Shown in pieces: positions 12,904 through 24,660 of a stretch of 64,000 nt of DNA (position 1 is the first letter of the stretch; the number at the start of each line of letters is the position of its first letter). Origin of the DNA: Octopus sinensis. Taxonomy: Eukaryota. The stretch covers positions 19,158,001 to 19,222,000 of the forward strand of contig NC_043023.1 in assembly GCF_006345805.1 (NCBI RefSeq), in the 5' to 3' direction. A program made the translations under genes and the position numbers. The notes beneath the pieces are model-generated. The model was not told the DNA's origin and did no database searches. It saw only the letters and a list, made by a program, of their open reading frames with translations.

Positions 12904-13129
12904 TATATTTTAATTTTCCGGGTTTCCTGCACCTATACTTTATTTTTCCGGGTTTCACAAATGAAAAATTTATAATAAACCCTGCTTGTATCTTTCAATG
13001 TATCCTGCTTTAAAATGTGTTGCACATCTACACGATTTTCATATAATTTTGACCTCTGCCTGAACTCTATGCGTACTTCCATGGAATAAATATCACATTT
13101 GCTTTTCAAAGTGTAACATCCTGCATTAG

Positions 13130-13255
13130 AGTTGATTTGATGGAGGGTATTCTCTTGGTTGCACGTTGCTGAACGGCTTCCAAACGATTAATATCCTGGG
13201 CAAGATGGGAGTTTCAGACCAGTGATGCAAATTCCATCTTATCCAACTGCAGAAG
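13130..13255 (-). mobile_element. CR1/L2-type LINE fragment
   Basis: MEFASLV*NSHLAQDINRLEAVQQRATKRIP resembles LEY.S.VW.P...DI..LE.VQRRATK. Confidence 0.7.
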
Positions 13256-13712
13256 TGAATAATTCGTAAATGATAAACAACAGAACTGCACTCGCCGGTT
13301 GTTGCTTGTCTATATTTCACTTCTCTTTTGCTTTTTGCAAAGCATTAGAAGTAGAAGGAAGCTAAAATGATCCGACAAAGAGCTTATATAATGAATCACA
13401 CTTAAACACAAACCTCCTTTGTTTCCAGGGTCATCCTGTTGTTATTCCATTCCCCAGAATTCCTTACAAAATATTCTCTCTCCCTCTTATTTAAATTATG
13501 TTTTACTCAATTCCCAAAGTTTCAGTAATTTTTGTTGCAGAAAATTCCCTACAAATTATCTTCAAGCTTGTTGCTCCTTCGCTCTCTCTCTCTCTCCCCT
13601 CATGTTACCACCTGATACCCCCCCCCAAATCCCTAACTCTTTATATATCTATGTTTAATTGAAGAAGCATATTGCTCATGCAAGAGGGAAATGAACCGTT
13701 CCAATTAAACAT

Positions 13713-13938
13713 TTAAACCTTTAGCATTTAAACCGGCCATATCCGGCCAAAAGTATTCTGCCTGTTTTATGTTCAAATTGGCCAGATCTGGTCTCTCCCA
13801 CCGGCCCTATAATATCGTTTTAAAAATTAACAGCTACCTCATCAAAATCTCATAGCACCAAGATAATGCCTAATTAGTTCAAGGCAATGTGGATAAAAAA
13901 GGATTCATTTTGGAATAATGTGAACACTAAAGGGTTAA
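13713..13938. mobile_element. piggyBac-type MITE, second family
   Basis: ttaa-acctttag ... ctaaaggg-ttaa; body related to 20000-20170. Confidence 0.55.
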
Positions 13939-14344
13939 ATAAGGTATTATATAATTGATGATGGATTTTATGGTCCAAAAGTTTGCTCTTACTAAAAGTT
14001 TTTTTAATATGCATTATAAAAAGTTGATTGAAAATTTATAAAAATCACTAGAGAACAAATAGGTGGAAGGTATATATATTGACCCCTTTGTTAAACTGGT
14101 ACTCATTTTATCGACCTAAAAAGGATAAAAGGCAAAGTTGACCCTGGCAGAATTTGAACTCAGAAAACAGACGGAATGCTGCGATGTATTTTACCCAGCG
14201 GGCTAAAGATTCTGCCAACTCACTGCTTTACCTGAGCCAGTGATGAATTAAAGATGTAAAAAAAACAGACATGGTAGCCATGGTTGGAGCATCTCAGATT
14301 AGATTTGACCTAGGGCTAAACAAAAGATAATAGAAATGTAAATA

Positions 14345-14733
14345 GGCGCAGGAGTGGCTGTGTGGTAAGTAGCTTGTTTACCAACCACATGGTTCCGGGT
14401 TCAGTCCCACTGCGTGGCACCTTGGGCAAGTGTCTTCTACTATAACCTCAGGCTGACCAAAGCCTTGTGAGTGGATTTGGTAGATGGAAACTGAAAGAAG
14501 CCTGTCGTATATATGTATATATATATATATGTATGTGTCTGTGTTTGCTTGACAACCGATGCTGGTGTGTTTACGTCCCTGTCACTTAGCGGTTCGGCAA
14601 AAAGAAACCGATAGAATAAGTACTGGGCTTACAAAAAGAATAAGTCCCGGGGTCGATTTGCTCGACTAAAAGGCGGTGCTCCAGCATGGCCGCAGTCAAA
14701 TGACTGAAACAAGTAAAAGAGTAAAAGAGAGAG
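14345..14733 (+). mobile_element. SINE family A, full copy
   Basis: Head, body and tail present; ~40-nt flank (atggtagccatggttggagcatctcagattagatttgacc) duplicated at ~14290 and ~14735. Confidence 0.88.
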
Positions 14734-15046
14734 TATGGTAGCCATGGTTGGAGCATCTCAGATTAGATTTGACCTTGGGCTAAACAAAAGATAACAAAAA
14801 TGTAAATATAAAAACTCAACAAAACTATTTGTAATTTTTCATTTTTTTTTTTTATTTATAATTGTTAAATTTCAGAATTAGGAAAAACTGTATTTTTTAA
14901 TTTTTATTTCATTTAAAACAGTTATAATTGGAGATAGGGGTGGGTGAATAGACAGACAAATCTACCCCTTTATCTAGCTCACTGTCAAACTAATTAGGGA
15001 GCTAGACAGAGGTATGTCTTAATGAGACAACGGTATGCATTGAATG

Positions 15047-15880
15047 CAGTGGTTCTCAACTTTGGCCCCTATGACTCCTGGATGTGTATATAAGATTTTT
15101 AAGGGTCCATGCTGACAAAACAGTTCATTGGGGACCTACAGTAGTAATTTAAGGGGCCACATAAATGTATTTATTGTAAGAAACAGCTTGGGTCCTTTCT
15201 CCAACTTTGGTCCCTATGACTCCTTGGTGTGTATATAAGATTTTTAAGGGTCCATGCTGACAAAACAGTTCATTGTAGTAATTTAAGGGGCCACATAAAT
15301 GTATTTATTGTAAGAAACAGCTTGGGTCCTTTCTCCAACTTTGGTCCCTATGACTCCTTGGTGTGTATATAAGATTTTTAAGGGTCCATGCTGACCAAAC
15401 AGTTCATTGGGGACCTACAGTAGTAATTTAAGGGGCCACATAAATGTATTTATTGTAAGAAACAGCTTGGGTCCTTTCTCTAACATTTTCCAGGTTCATC
15501 CAACTCAAGTGAATGTGTGAGAAACAAAACAGGAATTTTGAAAGACATTTTTTTAAAACTAATCTTTAAACATTGAATAGCTTTTGTGGGTCCACCAAAA
15601 TAAAATAGTAATTAAAGGGGGTCCATGCAAGCAAAGTAGTAAATTTGCGATCCACAATAGTATTTTAAGGGCCCTGTAAATATTTAGTTTTAGATGTGTG
15701 TATTGGTTATGTATTGCAAGAAACAGCTGGGTTTCTTTCTCTAGTATTTTACAGAGTTCGACCTACACAAGTTAATGAGTAGAAAACGAAACAGGAATTT
15801 GGAAAGAAGTTTCTAGAAAACTAGTTTTTAAATGTCAAATGGCTAATGGGATCCACCAGAGTAAAATTGTAATCAATATA
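15047..15880 (+). mobile_element. hAT-like non-autonomous element with internal ~135-145 bp triplication
   Basis: Starts cagtggttctcaac (hAT/Charlie-type terminus); repeats start near 15064, 15208, 15341; right terminus not found. Confidence 0.45.
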
Positions 15881-15906
15881 TATACATATATATACACACA
15901 CACACA

Positions 15907-16283
15907 GGCGCAGGAGTGGCTGTGTGGTAAGTAGCTTGCCTACCAACCACATGGTTCTGGGTTCAGTCCCACTGCGTGGCATCTTGGGCAAGTGTCTTCT
16001 GCTATAGCCTCGGGCCGACCAAAGCCTTGTGAGTGGATTTGGTAGACGGAAACTGAAAGAAGCCTGTCATATATATGTATATATATATGTATGTATGTGT
16101 GTGTGTGTATATGTTTGTGTGTCTGTGTTTGTCCCTCTAGCATTGCTTGACAACCGATGCTGGTGTGTTTGCGTCCCCGTCACTTGGCGGTTCGGCAAAA
16201 GAGACTGATAGAATAAGTACTAAAGGCGGTGCTCCAGCATGGCCGCAGTCAAATGACTGAAACAACTAAAAGAGTAAAGAGAG
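15907..16283 (+). mobile_element. SINE family A
   Basis: Head to tail, short internal deletion. Confidence 0.85.
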
Positions 16284-16347
16284 TATATATATATATATAG
16301 ATAGATAGATAGATATGTATGAATATATAGATATGTATGTATATATA

Positions 16348-16396
<49 letters not shown>

Positions 16397-16403
16397 ACAT
16401 ATA

Positions 16404-16644
16404 TATCAAAAGAAAAACAGGACGCAAAGGATTTTGCGGTACATGTTTCTGGCTTTATTGAACTATTTATATCAATGCATAATTGATATAACATGTAGGT
16501 CAACAGCCTTCTTCAGCCGCGTATATCATGTTATATCAATTATGTTATATCATGTTATATCAATCATGCATTGATATAAATAGTTCAATAAAGCCAGAAA
16601 CATATGTACTGCAAGATCCTTTGCGTCCTGTTTTTCTTTTGATA
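16404..16644. repeat. Fold-back, ~90-bp arms, with hammerhead
   Basis: caaaagaaaaacaggacgcaaagg ... cctttgcgtcctgtttttcttttg. Confidence 0.88.
16436..16520 (-). ncRNA. Type I hammerhead ribozyme motif, long stem II
   Basis: GCGG CUGAAGA A GGCU[~50-nt hairpin]AGCC A GAAAC AU GUA CCGC. Confidence 0.72.
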
Positions 16645-16724
16645 CATATATCCTATCACCTATGCTACTAGCTGGCATATACAGGTGCTTACAGTTATCA
16701 AGTATTCACCCTGAATTTTTTGTA

Positions 16725-16772
<48 letters not shown>

Positions 16773-17050
16773 CACACACACATCATCATCATTGTTTAAC
16801 GTCCGTTTTCCGCGCTAGCACGGGTTGGACACATATATATATACATACATACATATATAGTGAGAGGTTAGGTAGAGATAGGCAGGTGTATATAATTTAG
16901 AATTTCACACACACATGGTCAGGTACATAGGTTGGTGTGTATATATAATGGTGTAGCATTAAATGTGTGTATATGTACATACACATGTATATATCGAGGT
17001 TAAGTTGAGATAGGTGTGTATATATAATGGCATGGGCTAGTTAGACTTGT

Positions 17051-17270
17051 ATACAGAAGGAGGTGCTGAAAAGTTTCTGGTTTTAAGGATATCGCGAAAA
17101 TCCAGGAGGGAGGTTTAACCCTCTGGGTTCTTTTACAGGGCTCAGAAAAACTGGAGGACCACTGCAATAAGTGTGGGGATCTGAGAGGGGAATATGTTGA
17201 ATAAAATTGTAATTAACTGATCCTTCTATATTTTCTTTTACCCAAGGCCAGGATCTTTTCAGGTCTCCCT

Positions 17271-17272
<2 letters not shown>
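17051..17272 (+). mobile_element. Mariner-derived MITE
   Basis: Imperfect TIRs ggaggtgctgaaaagtttctgg / ccaggatcttttcaggtctcc; internal CNKCGDLRGEYVE*; TA context. Confidence 0.6.
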
Positions 17273-17294
<22 letters not shown>

Positions 17295-17301
<7 letters not shown>

Positions 17302-17520
17302 GTTGTGTACTGTCAATTGAACGTGACAGTAGGGGATTACACCACCACTGTTTAGCCCTGGGAAGCATTGAACGCTTCCTGTCGGCTTCGACACATTTCC
17401 TGTGTCCTTATATAGGAAATGTGTCGAACCCGACAGGAAGTGTTCGATACTTCCTAGGGCTAAACAGCGGTGGTGTAATCCCCTACTGTCATGTTAAATT
17501 GACAGTACACAACCACTCTA
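17295..17520. repeat. Fold-back, ~105-bp arms
   Basis: Centre near ctgtgtccttatatagg; arm sequence recurs at 31160-31270 and 61270-61340/61795-61850. Confidence 0.9.
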
Positions 17521-17559
17521 TCGCCCCACCACCGTACATATCTCTATGAGATATTTAGA

Positions 17560-17602
<43 letters not shown>

Positions 17603-17647
17603 TAAATTAGAGTTCATTGCTAAACCTCACTAAGATAAATATTTCAA

Positions 17648-17718
17648 TTACCTGAAGATTGACTGTAACCATAACTCGAATTATTACGAATTGGACAACC
17701 ATGAAACGATCGTAGTGT
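17648..17718 (+). ncRNA. Degenerate type I hammerhead motif
   Basis: CUGAAGA ... GAAAC GAUC GUA with palindromic stem III; stems I and II poorly paired. Confidence 0.45.
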
Positions 17719-17943
17719 TTTACTCATTATCTTTTATTAAACTTTTAATACTTTTGATATATATTTAAAATAATATAATTTAATTAATTTTATGTATTGG
17801 CTTAAGTTTTTCATTGTTTGATTTGCCTATTAGTGGTTTTATCTCTAATTTAATATAATATAATATATTTATACTATAAAATTGGATTTAATCCTAAATC
17901 TGATTTTTCCCTGTAAGTTTGGATTTATTTCCTAATATTTTAT

Positions 17944-17978
<35 letters not shown>

Positions 17979-17979
<1 letters not shown>

Positions 17980-18329
17980 CCAATTAAGGACTGAACACGA
18001 AAAAGTGGACAGTCAACATGCTAGATATAGATGTCAAATCGCCATTCTCCGCACATGATGATACTCCGGTATCGTTTTTGCATCTAGTTCAGCAGATTTC
18101 ATTCATATCGGCCATGCTGACGAAGACTACGGGTATCCTTACGGATAATAATAGTCGAAACTGATTCAGTACATGGATGAGTATTATTTTTCGTATATTT
18201 TCACTTGTTTATTGCTTGGGTTGGTGTTGAGTTTGATCTGAGAACACAATCTTTTGTGGAGAATGGCGATTTGACGTCTATATCTAGCATGTTGACTGTC
18301 CACTTTTTCGTGTCCAGTCCTTAATTGGT
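17979..18329. mobile_element. Element with 75-bp inverted termini, flanked by (TA)n, carrying an intact hammerhead
   Basis: 17979-18053 pairs with 18255-18329. Confidence 0.85.
18112..18176 (+). ncRNA. Type I hammerhead ribozyme, apparently intact
   Basis: CCAUG CUGACGA A GACUA[22 nt]UAGUC GAAAC UGAUUCA GUA CAUGG; predicted cut after 18171. Confidence 0.85.
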
Positions 18330-18995
18330 ATATATAAATATTTAATCTTCGGATTTTTTTTAATATGTTAGACCACTGGTTTTAATTGATAAATATTGAT
18401 TTCTACCCTTAATTAATTTTATATATATATATATATACATATATATTTGCGTGTGTGTGTGTATTCTGGGGTTGGACTGTTAAAGTTCATGGTTGCTATA
18501 GATTCATGTTTGTGAAACAACTTTTGGGGAGGCAGGGAATAAGGGTGGGGTGGGGGAATACATGGGTGTGTGTATAGGAAAGCAAAAAAGAGTACATTTT
18601 ATATAGTCTGATGTAATGTGATAATTTTTTTTTTTTTTTTTTACTCAAACAATTCACTTTCTTTGCAGATCTCTTCTCTTGAATTTCATTCTGCTGGATT
18701 CATCAGGGAAAAAACCAAACCAACCACACGCAAACACTTGCACACACACACACACACACACATATACATCAGTGGTGTCACCTAGGGGGAGGGGGGTTAA
18801 TAATTCTTTTATTTTTATTTTTTTATTTTTTGTGAAATACATATGTTACAATAGATTTCTGTGCATCACAAAGAAGAGAAATGTCAATTCCAGAAAGTTC
18901 CGCCTGAAAAAATAAAGAATTTGAAAAATGTTATTAATATGGCAAAAAGCAGGAATCTGAAATTAAACTTTTTAAAAATTTATTTTATAGTAATA

Positions 18996-19396
18996 GGCGT
19001 AGGAGTGACTGTGTGGTAAGTAGCTTGCTTACCACCACATGGTTCCGGGTTCAGTCCCACTGCGTGGCACCTTGGGTAAGTGTCTTCTGCTATAGCCCCG
19101 GGCCGACCAATGCCTTGTGAGTGGATTTGGTAGATGGAAACTGAAAGAAGCCTGTCGTATATATGTATATATATATATGTGTATGTATGTGTGTGTATAT
19201 GTTTGTCCCCCTAGCATTGCTTGACAACCGATGCTGGTGTGTTTACGTGCCCGTCACTTAGCGGTTCAGCAAAAGAGAACGATAGAATAAGTACTGGGCT
19301 TACAACGAATAAGTCCCGGGGTCGATTTGCTCGACTAAAGGCGGTGCTCCAGCATGACTGCATTCAAATGACTGAAACGAGTAAAAGAGTAAAGAG
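18996..19396 (+). mobile_element. SINE family A, full copy
   Basis: Head to tail. Confidence 0.88.
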
Positions 19397-19768
19397 TAAT
19401 TGTAGTGTGAAGGTGCAAGGCTCAGTGGTTAGAGAGTCGGGCTTACAATCGTGAGGTTGTGAGTTTGAATCCCAGACCGGGCTACGTGTTGTGTGCTTGA
19501 GCAAGACACTTTATTTCACGTTGCTGTAGAAATGAGTTGCGACGTCACAGGTGCCAAGCTGTATCGGCCCCTTTGCCTTTCCCTTGGATAACATCGGTGG
19601 CGTGGAGAAGGGAGGCCGGTATGCATGGGCGACTGCTGGTCTTCCATAAACAACCTTGCCCAGACTTGTACCTGGGAGGGTAACTTTCTAGGTGCAATCC
19701 CATGGTCAGTCATGACCGAAGGGGGTCACAAACACAAGTAGTTGTAGTATTGTTAAACCCATTACCAT

Positions 19769-19995
19769 TTAACCCTTTCGTTACCGACCCAGCCAAAACC
19801 GGCTCTGGCTCCGTAGTAGAAATATCTTGCTTTCATAAGTTTTGAATTCAAATCTTCCACCAAACCTTAGTCACAATTTATGTTCCTAACACCAGCTTAA
19901 TGATAACTAAGTTATTTTACTAAATTCTTTATATTTAAAATTAATTGAAAGAAACACAGAACATCTCAACAGAAATAGGGTAACAAAAGGGTTAA
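19769..19995. mobile_element. piggyBac-type MITE with TTAA on both sides
   Basis: ttaa-ccctttcgttacc ... ggtaacaaaaggg-ttaa. Confidence 0.75.
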
Positions 19996-20169
19996 ACTCC
20001 ATATCTAGCCCAAATATTCCACCTGTTTTATGTTTAAACAGGCCAGATCAGGCTTCTCACGCCTACCCTGCAATGTCATTCTAAAACTAAACAATCACGT
20101 CATTGAAATATCTCAAAGCCAAGAGATTATTTATGATTAATTCAAAACAATGTGAATTAATAAGCATTA

Positions 20170-20900
20170 CTTTTGATGTCTTGCAAAGAACTTGCACATG
20201 CAAGTGCTACCAGTTAAAAGCTCCGTATACCGGAAGCTAGCAAGTGTATGGGGTCATCAGGAGAGAATGCGCGCCGTTTCGGTGCCTACCTCTCGACGGC
20301 ATCAATGCGCACCGGCCCCCCTCACTGATATGAGGCCCCACTTGCTAGATCAGCTGGTTATGAAGAACTCAATATACTTCTAGCCATCGCTCATCGTCTC
20401 TTTTTAACCAAATCCAGTGGCTAGCCTTCTCCATTTCGGGGCCTACCTCTCGACGGCATCAATGCACACCGGCCCCCCTCACTGATATGAGGCCCCACTT
20501 GCTAGATCAGCTGGTTATGAAGAACTCAATATACTTCTAGCCATCGCTCATCGTCTCTTTTTAACCAAATCCAGTGGCTAGCCTTCTCCATTTCGGGGCC
20601 TACCTCTCGACGGCATCAATGCACACCGGCCCCCCTCACTGATATGAGGCCCCACTTGCTAGATCAGCTGGTTATGAAGAACTCAATATACTTCTAGCCA
20701 TCGCTCATCGTCTCTTTTTAACCAAATCCAGTGGCTAGCCTTCTCCACTGCAGATTGGATATCAGTCATGGTGGTATTGACTTTACGATGAGTTAGGCCT
20801 AGCGATAACAACAGTTGTCTCACGCTGTGTCCAACAAACCCTCTACATCTGAAAGCATTTAAACCAGCCATATCTGATGCAAATATTCAGCGTCCCCAAA
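20170..20900 (-). mobile_element. Restriction-like-endonuclease (Hero/NeSL-like) LINE 3' end with a 157-bp triplication
   Basis: CRGFVGHSVRQLLLSLG...AVEKASHWIWLKRDDERW matches the EVGCRGF...AE.AS.W.W.KR C-terminus; unit starts 20285, 20442, 20599. Confidence 0.7.
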
Positions 20901-21040
20901 GTCCATCCCCTCCTCACCATGGTGGGGACACTGGCAACGGGCAGTGTCAGAGCTATGCCATCGGGAACTTCGGTCCCTGGTAGGGGCCACCCAAGGTGGA
21001 TTGGTCTAACACTGAGCAGTATTAGGGCCACATATATATA

Positions 21041-21424
21041 GGCATAGGAGTGGCTGTGTGGTAAGTAGCTTGCTTACCAACCACATGGTTCTGGTTTCAG
21101 TCCCACTGCGTGACACCTTGGGCAAGTGTCTTCTACTATAGCCTCGGGCCGACCAAAGCCTTGTGATTGGATATGGTAGACGGAAACTGAAAGAAGCCCG
21201 TTGTATATATGTGTGTTTGTGTATGTGTTTGTGTGTCTGTGTTTGTCCCCCCAACATTGCTTGACAACCGATGCTGGTGTGTTTACGTCCCCGTAACTTA
21301 GCGGTTCAGCAAAAGAGACCGATAGAATAAGTACTGGGCTTACAAAGAATGTCCTCGATTTGCTCGACTAAAGGCGGTGCTCCAGCATAGCCACAGTCAA
21401 ATGACTGAAACAAGTAAAAGAGAG
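21041..21424 (+). mobile_element. SINE family A, full copy
   Basis: Head to tail. Confidence 0.88.
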
Positions 21425-21746
21425 TATATATGTGTGTATTTGTGAGTGTATTTTTGTGTCTGTTTGGTTCCCTACAACCACCTCTTTGTAACCTATGTTG
21501 GTGTGTTTATGTTCTTGTAACCGAGCATTTCAGTAAAGGGGACTGATAAAATAAGTATCAGGCTTAAAAAAAATTACTGGGGTTATTTCCTTTGATTAAA
21601 ATTTCTTTGGGGTAGTGCCCCAGCATGGCCACAGTCTAATGGCTGAAAGAAGTGAGAAATAAAAGACAAAAAGATATGTATGCTGCAATGGGTATGTAAC
21701 TAGTTCAAACTGGTTTACCTTCTCTGTTCGTGTCTGTCTGTGTGTC

Positions 21747-21915
21747 CTAGAAACATGACACTCCTGCATCCTCATAGTGAGCGCAGTTGTGGTTTAACCA
21801 TCCGTTGTGTTGACAATCAGACAGAGAGAGTTCGTTACCTAGGCAACTGACGTCATCCATGGCTATTTGACCGGTTCCAGCTCCAAATGCTGCCAACATG
21901 ATGGCACGCCCACGT
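21747..21915 (-). CDS. Multi-SRCR gene exon W19 (second half SRCR 7, ends at TAG)
   Basis: ctgtag|A CGT...TTC TAG; [55 protein letters not shown]; all 19 exons join in frame (2422 nt, 806 full codons plus stop). Confidence 0.92.
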
Positions 21916-22504
21916 CTACAGGAAGAGAAAAAATTTTAAAAAACAGGCATTTTAACGTTTGTAAATGGTGTGTCATGGGATTGTTAACACTAAGGCAATG
22001 ATACAGGTGTGGTACTCAAGAATTATTCTGCAAACATAATTTACTATTACTTGTACCTATGTTGTTTAATTTTTGGTACAATTACAACAAAATTGGGGCA
22101 TTTTGACACCAGAGCAATTGGATACAGACTTTAAAATGTTCACTTAAAGAGAATAACAGCTACATAATGCAAAATTTTTACTTTTCAAAAATTCCAATTC
22201 TAAAGGGTTGAAACAAACCCGAGCAACTCTGGGCGATACTGCTGGTATATATATAAAGCTGAAGTTGCTGTGAGTGGCAGGTTTGGTAGCCTTCAACTAA
22301 CACTATCTCTTCCGAGACCCTGCGGCGCAAGGTGACCAAAATTGAGAGTATGATAGAAGAAGGCTTGCTCTTCATACCATAGAAGATAAAATTCAAATCG
22401 GACCATGTTAACACCAAAAATTATTTACATCAAAAAGGTGCTTTTTTTGCATGAAAATCCCGATTTTTTACGATTTTTTACCTGTGGCGACATTCACCCT
22501 GGGT

Positions 22505-22790
22505 GGGTTTAGTCGGCTTCTTCTACCACCCTCGAGGCAGCTCGAACCATGGCAACCCACGCACGACGGTCCTGCGCCAGTTCACTGGAGATAGCGAGCC
22601 AGTCACAGTTCCATTGGCGCAGGCCCACCACCTGCGGTCCCGTGAGCACAGAGAGGTCCTCCTTGATCGTTGTAACCAAGGTCTTCAGCTGACCGCCCGC
22701 ACGTTTCTGCCAGTTGGGAAGTGGAGTTGGGAGAAGGACAGCTCCACTTCCCAACTAGCAGAAACGCCCGGGCGGGCAGCTGAATTATAT
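22505..22790 (-). mobile_element. RTE-clade LINE 3' fragment
   Basis: KRAGGQLKTLVTTIKEDL...W...LAQDRRAWVAMV, an RTE C-terminal signature. Confidence 0.75.
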
Positions 22791-22914
22791 TTCATGAACT
22801 TCTTCCATGAAATATAATTTAGATCGCTTTAACCCTTTACTTACCAGATTTCAGCATAAATAGATATATTTTGGTGTAAAAACCCTTTAAAAAGAATGTT
22901 GGTGGGTTACTCAC

Positions 22915-23059
22915 GTGTAGCCCAGCATTCGACAGACAACGGTGGCATCCCTCTCGTCCCATGAATCATCACATATTGTACCCCAGACACCTGCATGGTA
23001 AATCTCAACACGTCCTTCATTGGGTGCATTACCACCAACTAACTTGACTGACCCTTCAC
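22915..23059 (-). CDS. Multi-SRCR gene exon W18 (first half SRCR 7)
   Basis: attcag|GT...CAC|gtgag; 145 nt, phase 1-2; [48 protein letters not shown]. Confidence 0.95.
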
Positions 23060-23095
23060 CTGAATAATAGACAGACCAAAATTTCTTATTAACTC

Positions 23096-23127
<32 letters not shown>

Positions 23128-23277
23128 GATAGATAGAGATAGATAGATATAGAGAGATAGATAGATATATAGATAGAGAGATTATAGATTATAGATAAAT
23201 GTATATTCTTAGCCTCGTGGCTGTCCATTGAATCGATGTATAGCTAGGGGTTATCAAATAAGGAGGTCTGAACTTAC

Positions 23278-23355
23278 TTGAGGGAGGATAGGTCACAGGT
23301 TCTGGCAGGTTTTCAATTTCTGTAATGTTTGGTGTCTGTAAAGTTGTCGCAGGAG
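23278..23355 (-). CDS. Multi-SRCR gene exon W17 (linker)
   Basis: tttacag|CT...CAA|gtaag; 78 nt, phase 1-1; APATTLQTPNITEIENLPEPVTYPPS. Confidence 0.87.
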
Positions 23356-23439
23356 CTGTAAAAGATGATAACGGAATGAGAAATGTTAAAATTACTGTAT
23401 TTTCCAGCTTAGAAAGTCAGATTTTACTGAGCAAGATTT

Positions 23440-23700
23440 ACAGCCAAAAGTAAGTTGCCTTATAAAATGAGATGACTTTGGACGGCCAAAGATTCCATGT
23501 GGAATGCAGCAAGATTTGAAAAGATTGGACTGATGTTCAAATGTTTACAAGATGAGCGTGTGCTGAAAAGGTCTTGGTTTGGGGTTTAAGAAAATACAGG
23601 AGAATCAGGCCAGAACAGTACTGGAGGAGAATTTTCCATCATGGACAAGTGGCTTTTGGAAGAGGAGCCTTGCAAGTCTACCAGATAGATGGAAGAACAT
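23440..23700 (-). mobile_element. Degenerate L2/CR1-like LINE 3' remnant
   Basis: Weak, frameshifted resemblance to the FF..T...WN.LP region. Confidence 0.35.
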
Positions 23701-23971
23701 TGTAGAAAATGAAGGAGAGTCTATTTTAGATTAAAAAAGAAGTTTGTTTATGGTAATTTTGAAAAATAAAAGAAGTATAAAAATATCCTCATTATTTATG
23801 CGATGATCCAGTAAATTGACTCGGAAAATACTCTATGTCTGAATAAAAGATGTGATGGTCACAGCTGCAACATTTTTAATCATAGGTCTGTCTGTATCAG
23901 GACTGACCTGGGGTTAAACAACAGCAGAAACTATAGGCATTAATACAACCTACTACACTACACGTTTCTAT

Positions 23972-24147
23972 CATCATCATCATCGTTTAACATCCACTTT
24001 CCATGCTGGCGTGGGTTGGACGATTTTGACTGAGGGCTGGCGAACCAGATGGTTGCACCAGGATCCAATCTTGATCTGGCAGAGTTTCTACAGCTGGATG
24101 CCTTTCCTAACGCCAACCACACTGAGAGTGTAGTGGGTGCTTTTATA

Positions 24148-24187
<40 letters not shown>

Positions 24188-24362
24188 GTCATCATCATCA
24201 TTGTTTAACGTCCGCTTTCCATGCTGGCGTGGGTTGGACGATTTTGACTGAGGGCTGGCGAACCAGATGGCTGCACCAGGATCCAATCTTGATCTGGCAG
24301 AGTTTCTACAGCTGGATGCCCTTCCTAACGCCAACCACTCCAAGAGTGTAGTGGGTGCATAT
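23972..24362 (-). mobile_element. Two tandem 5'-truncated copies of an RTE 3' UTR with (GAT)n tails
   Basis: Homologous to 8779-8950; further copies at 43575-43855 (+), 50853-50996, 56850-57040. Confidence 0.75.
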
Positions 24363-24490
24363 GATGCATGGACACCAATGCCGCTAGGCCCCGGGAAGCG
24401 TATGAAACAAAGATTAATGAAAAGTGTGAAAATATATTGGACAAACTTCTGAAAATGATTTGGACTGGCAAAGGGTTGGTTCTATCTTAC

Positions 24491-24660
24491 CATTGATGCA
24501 CATAACACTGGCATCCTCATTGTGTCCACAGTTGTGTCTGCCCCAACCATGATGGGAACAATGGAACAAGGAGGTTTCATTGCCCTGACAGGACACGTCA
24601 TCCATCCAAATGGCACCACGTCCAGCTCCATAACGGGCTGAGATGAATGCTTGGCCAGAT
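24491..24660 (-). CDS. Multi-SRCR gene exon W16 (second half SRCR 6)
   Basis: ttgcag|A...ATG|gtaag; 170 nt, phase 2-1; SGQAFISARYGAGRGAIWMDDVSCQGNETSLFHCSHHGWGRHNCGHNEDASVMCIN. Confidence 0.95.

Noticed and set aside
13419-13658. Plus-strand terminal exon candidate
   Set aside because: Only an acceptor-like motif; no recognisable peptide in any frame.
18680-18710. Minus-strand CUGAUGA...GAAA
   Set aside because: Stem II is only 2 bp with no stem III or stem I.
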